64,000 nt of DNA from Psammoneis japonica (taxonomy: Eukaryota). The stretch lies in the NCBI GenBank assembly GCA_008632985.1, contig QPGO01000041.1, forward strand, positions 124,001-188,000, written 5' to 3'. A model generated the notes under the pieces. That model ran no database searches and had not been told where the DNA came from. It was given only the letters and a program-made list of their open reading frames with translations. Below are positions 60,975 through 64,000 of this stretch, piece by piece (position 1 is the first letter of the stretch; each line of letters begins with the position of its first letter). The position numbers and the translations under genes were made by a program.

Positions 60975-63900
60975 ATGATGAAGACAAGCGAGCTCGTGAA
61001 AGACAGGAACGACTCTGGTAGCTCAAAAATGGGAACGGGCGATAACGGTGAGGCTCGTCCACTTGTAACCGACAGCAACAGCACTGCCACTGGTAGCACT
61101 GTTGCCCCGGCATCGTCGTCGTCGTCAATTGGCGGTAGTAGTTTCAACCCAGCCAGTAGTAGCACCGGTACTGGATCCTTTCCTTCTAAAACCAATCGAT
61201 TTTCCCTTCACCTGGATGATTTGTCGATTTGTGGGCGATCTCGAGAGACGGCCGTTTTGCAAGACGCTTACGATCGAGTGATTCACAAAGAGCTAGCAGC
61301 AGCTGAGATACTGTTAGTTCGGGGAGAGTCCGGAACGGGAAAGTCGATGCTAATTCAAAACACGTTCCCCGTTCAAAGCACAGACGGTCGACAGAAGAAA
61401 GACTTCTTCTTCGTTTCTGGGAAATATGGCCAATTCGATAGTATATCCCGTCCTTACGGAGCTATTGTCGATGCTACAAGCGAGCTGTGCTTTGCAATAA
61501 AGCAGGATGATGCCCAAAACATGATTCGCCAATCCATGCAACAGATCATGTCGGGTGCCGAGCTTCAGCTACTTGCCAACATAATACCGGCAGTCGAGTT
61601 CATTGTTCCCATCTCTAAGGTCGAGTCTGATCTGGTCGCAGCTGCACCAACCACAACAGTCACTTCTCGCTCCACCACCGATGGAGTCAACGAGCAAACA
61701 TTCAATCGATTCAAAGGTATCTATCGCAACTTCCTCAAGATGATATGTTCGTCTCGGCCCCTGGTACTCTTTCTCGATGACCTGCAATGGGCTGATGATG
61801 CCTCCAAAAGTCTCATCGCTTCAATCATCATGGATTCCAGAATATGCAACCTCTTGGTTATTGGATCTATTCGGGATAACGAGGAGTCATCATCGTCGTC
61901 ACCAGGTTTTGATATTTCACAGGATGACACTGTCTGGAAGCTTACTGAGATCGTCCTTGGGCCGCTGTCTTTGGAGAGCGTCAATCAGATTGTCGCCCAC
62001 ACGACGGCTCGTGACCCTCAAGATACGAAAGATTTTTCCGCCACGGTCCATCACAGGACCGGAGGAAACGCATACTTTGTTCTTCAGTTCATTGAAATGC
62101 TTCAACGTGAAGAATTGCTCAACTTTGACCTTTCCACAGGCGCATGGGAATGGGACCTTGACCAAGTCGTAGCCCGTACGAATGTTACCGACAATGTGGT
62201 TCAAGTCCTGGAACGCAAGATCGAGTCCATGCCCGTTCCCGTCCAGGCTGCTCTCATCATTGCTTCATGCATTGGCTTTACATTTCATGTTGTTATTTTG
62301 GAGAGCATTTTGGGTATGCAGGATCTTTTTCGCCTGTGTTGTGACATGCTGGAACGAAAACTTGATAGCGAGCAAACAGCATTCATGGGCAAGGACGACG
62401 TTCAGAGTGCCATGACACTGGCGGTCCGGTCTGGATTACTTGATACAATTTCCAGTGATAAATTCAAATTCTCGCACGATCGAGTACAACAGTCGGCGCA
62501 TTTGATGATTCCTTTCGGCAAGAAGGGACAACGATTCAAACTTAGGCTTGGGGAAATCATCCTAGATCTAAATAGTCATCAAGGAAAGGAGGATGATTGG
62601 ATGATATTTGCTGCTGTCGATTTACTTTTGGCAAGCGATGGTCCGTCCTCAGATAGTAGAGTGGGAGGCAAAATGCTTTCAGAGCTGTGTCTTGATGCCG
62701 CGGAAAGGGCCTCCAGGAAGGCAGCGTATCTCTCTGCTGCTCGATATGCCGACGCAGGGATTGAGTGCCTCAATGGCAGCATCGAAAGCAATTACAAACT
62801 GTGGCTTGAACTCTCCAATATTTCGGCCGAGATGCAATACTGCCAAGGAAACTTCTTTCAGAGCGAAAGGACAGTCACGGCCATTCTGAGCGGTTCACGA
62901 TGTGTCGAAGATAGATTTCGTGCTTATGCAGTATCTATGGATACTCTACAGGCAAAAGAAGAGTGGGAGGGCGCTATATTGCAAGGCGCTCAGTATTTGA
63001 GGGAGCTAGGAACTCGGATTCCAAGAAACCCTAATACTCTGCACGTGATTGCGGGTATCATGAAGCAGATGGAGAATCGCAGAATGGCCGAGACTCTTCG
63101 AATTGGCGGCATGATGGCTTTCTGTGCATGGCAAAGTGGACAAGAGAATCTCTGCATTCTTCTCGGCATGAGAATGATGCTCATCACGCTCGAGTACGGT
63201 ATTGCGGCTGGTAGCCCATACACATTTTGTGCCTATGGACTATACTTGTCGCATTTTGGTAACTTCAAGGAGGCCTATGAGTTTGGGCGATTAGCTTTGC
63301 GCATGTTGAAACGTCCCGGAATGAAAAATACGACTGCGAAAGTCTATGCTCTCGTTTACAGCTTCCTGGACTGGCTGCGCATGCCGATTCAGAATAGTTT
63401 GGAACCACTAATGGAAGGTCATACTCTAGGAATGGAGACGGGAGACGTTATTCAAGCGTCGATTTGTATTCAAATCCGAGCGGCTTTAGTTTTGTTCACG
63501 GGCGTACGACTGGTAAACTACGAAAGGTAAAAGCAGCCTCAGTTATGCGTTATTGAGGTTGAGGAAGGACTCTTCTCAAAGGCACTTATTTTCCGTTTTT
63601 TTTTATTTTTCATTGAAGGGAACTGATGGGCTTTTGTGATTTCTTCCGTGAGTACAAACAGTATTCCAGTTTAAGCATAACGATTCCGTGGTTGCAATTG
63701 GCGGAGAACCTCCTCGGGAAAAGTGCTGATCCACTGAAACTCATGGGAAGAGCTGCGGACGAAGACAACCTGCTTCAGTCCAGTGTACAGTCATCAAGTC
63801 ACGCTTCTCGACAGCTTCAGCGATCTTATGTTGTTTCAAGTATTCACAGTGCTCGTATGGTACTCCTCTACACCTTCGGAGAGTTTGAATGCGCAGATGA

Positions 63901-64000
63901 GGATCGGAAGAAGCATGAAGGATGCGATGGCCAGACGGGAGTGCATTTTGTCGTTGTCTACAGAATCATGTTTTGTGCTTTGACTTGTCTCAGCATGGCT
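60975..64000 (+). CDS. STAND-like AAA ATPase (COG3899-type) with long helical/TPR-like C-terminus; intron at about 63527-63618, 3' end unresolved
   Basis: Walker A GESGTGKS, Walker B LVLFLDDLQWAD, TGGNAYFV, FSHDRVQQSA. Confidence 0.85.

Overview
Eukaryotic genomic DNA, most likely a pennate diatom (inferred from short GT-AG introns, the gene families and Plavaka-type elements). Two kinds of sequence alternate with sharp borders. Ordinary host sequence carries two tandem kinase-EF-hand-cNMP genes, three tandem reprolysin-like HEXXH metallopeptidases, RING-finger genes, an O-fucosyltransferase-like gene, a mitochondrial-carrier pseudogene, a REase+kinase gene and a STAND-like ATPase. Repeat domains (about 1-2150, 21950-24100, 28400-29500, 37950-60700) have lost almost all TpA dinucleotides. 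A gene duplicated inside the window shows the direction: the copy in the repeat domain has TA->CA/TG and CG->TG/CA changes. This looks like a repeat-targeted hypermutation whose TpA arm runs opposite to fungal RIP. The large domain holds a decayed CRE-like LINE, two unmutated MITEs, a TIR element and a ~12 kb multi-gene Plavaka transposon. Its cargo ORF has motifs resembling a TET/JBP-like dioxygenase plus an HhH/aGPT-PPlase-like domain, a candidate thymine-modification module that might be linked to the T->C signature. All family calls are by eye, without database searches.
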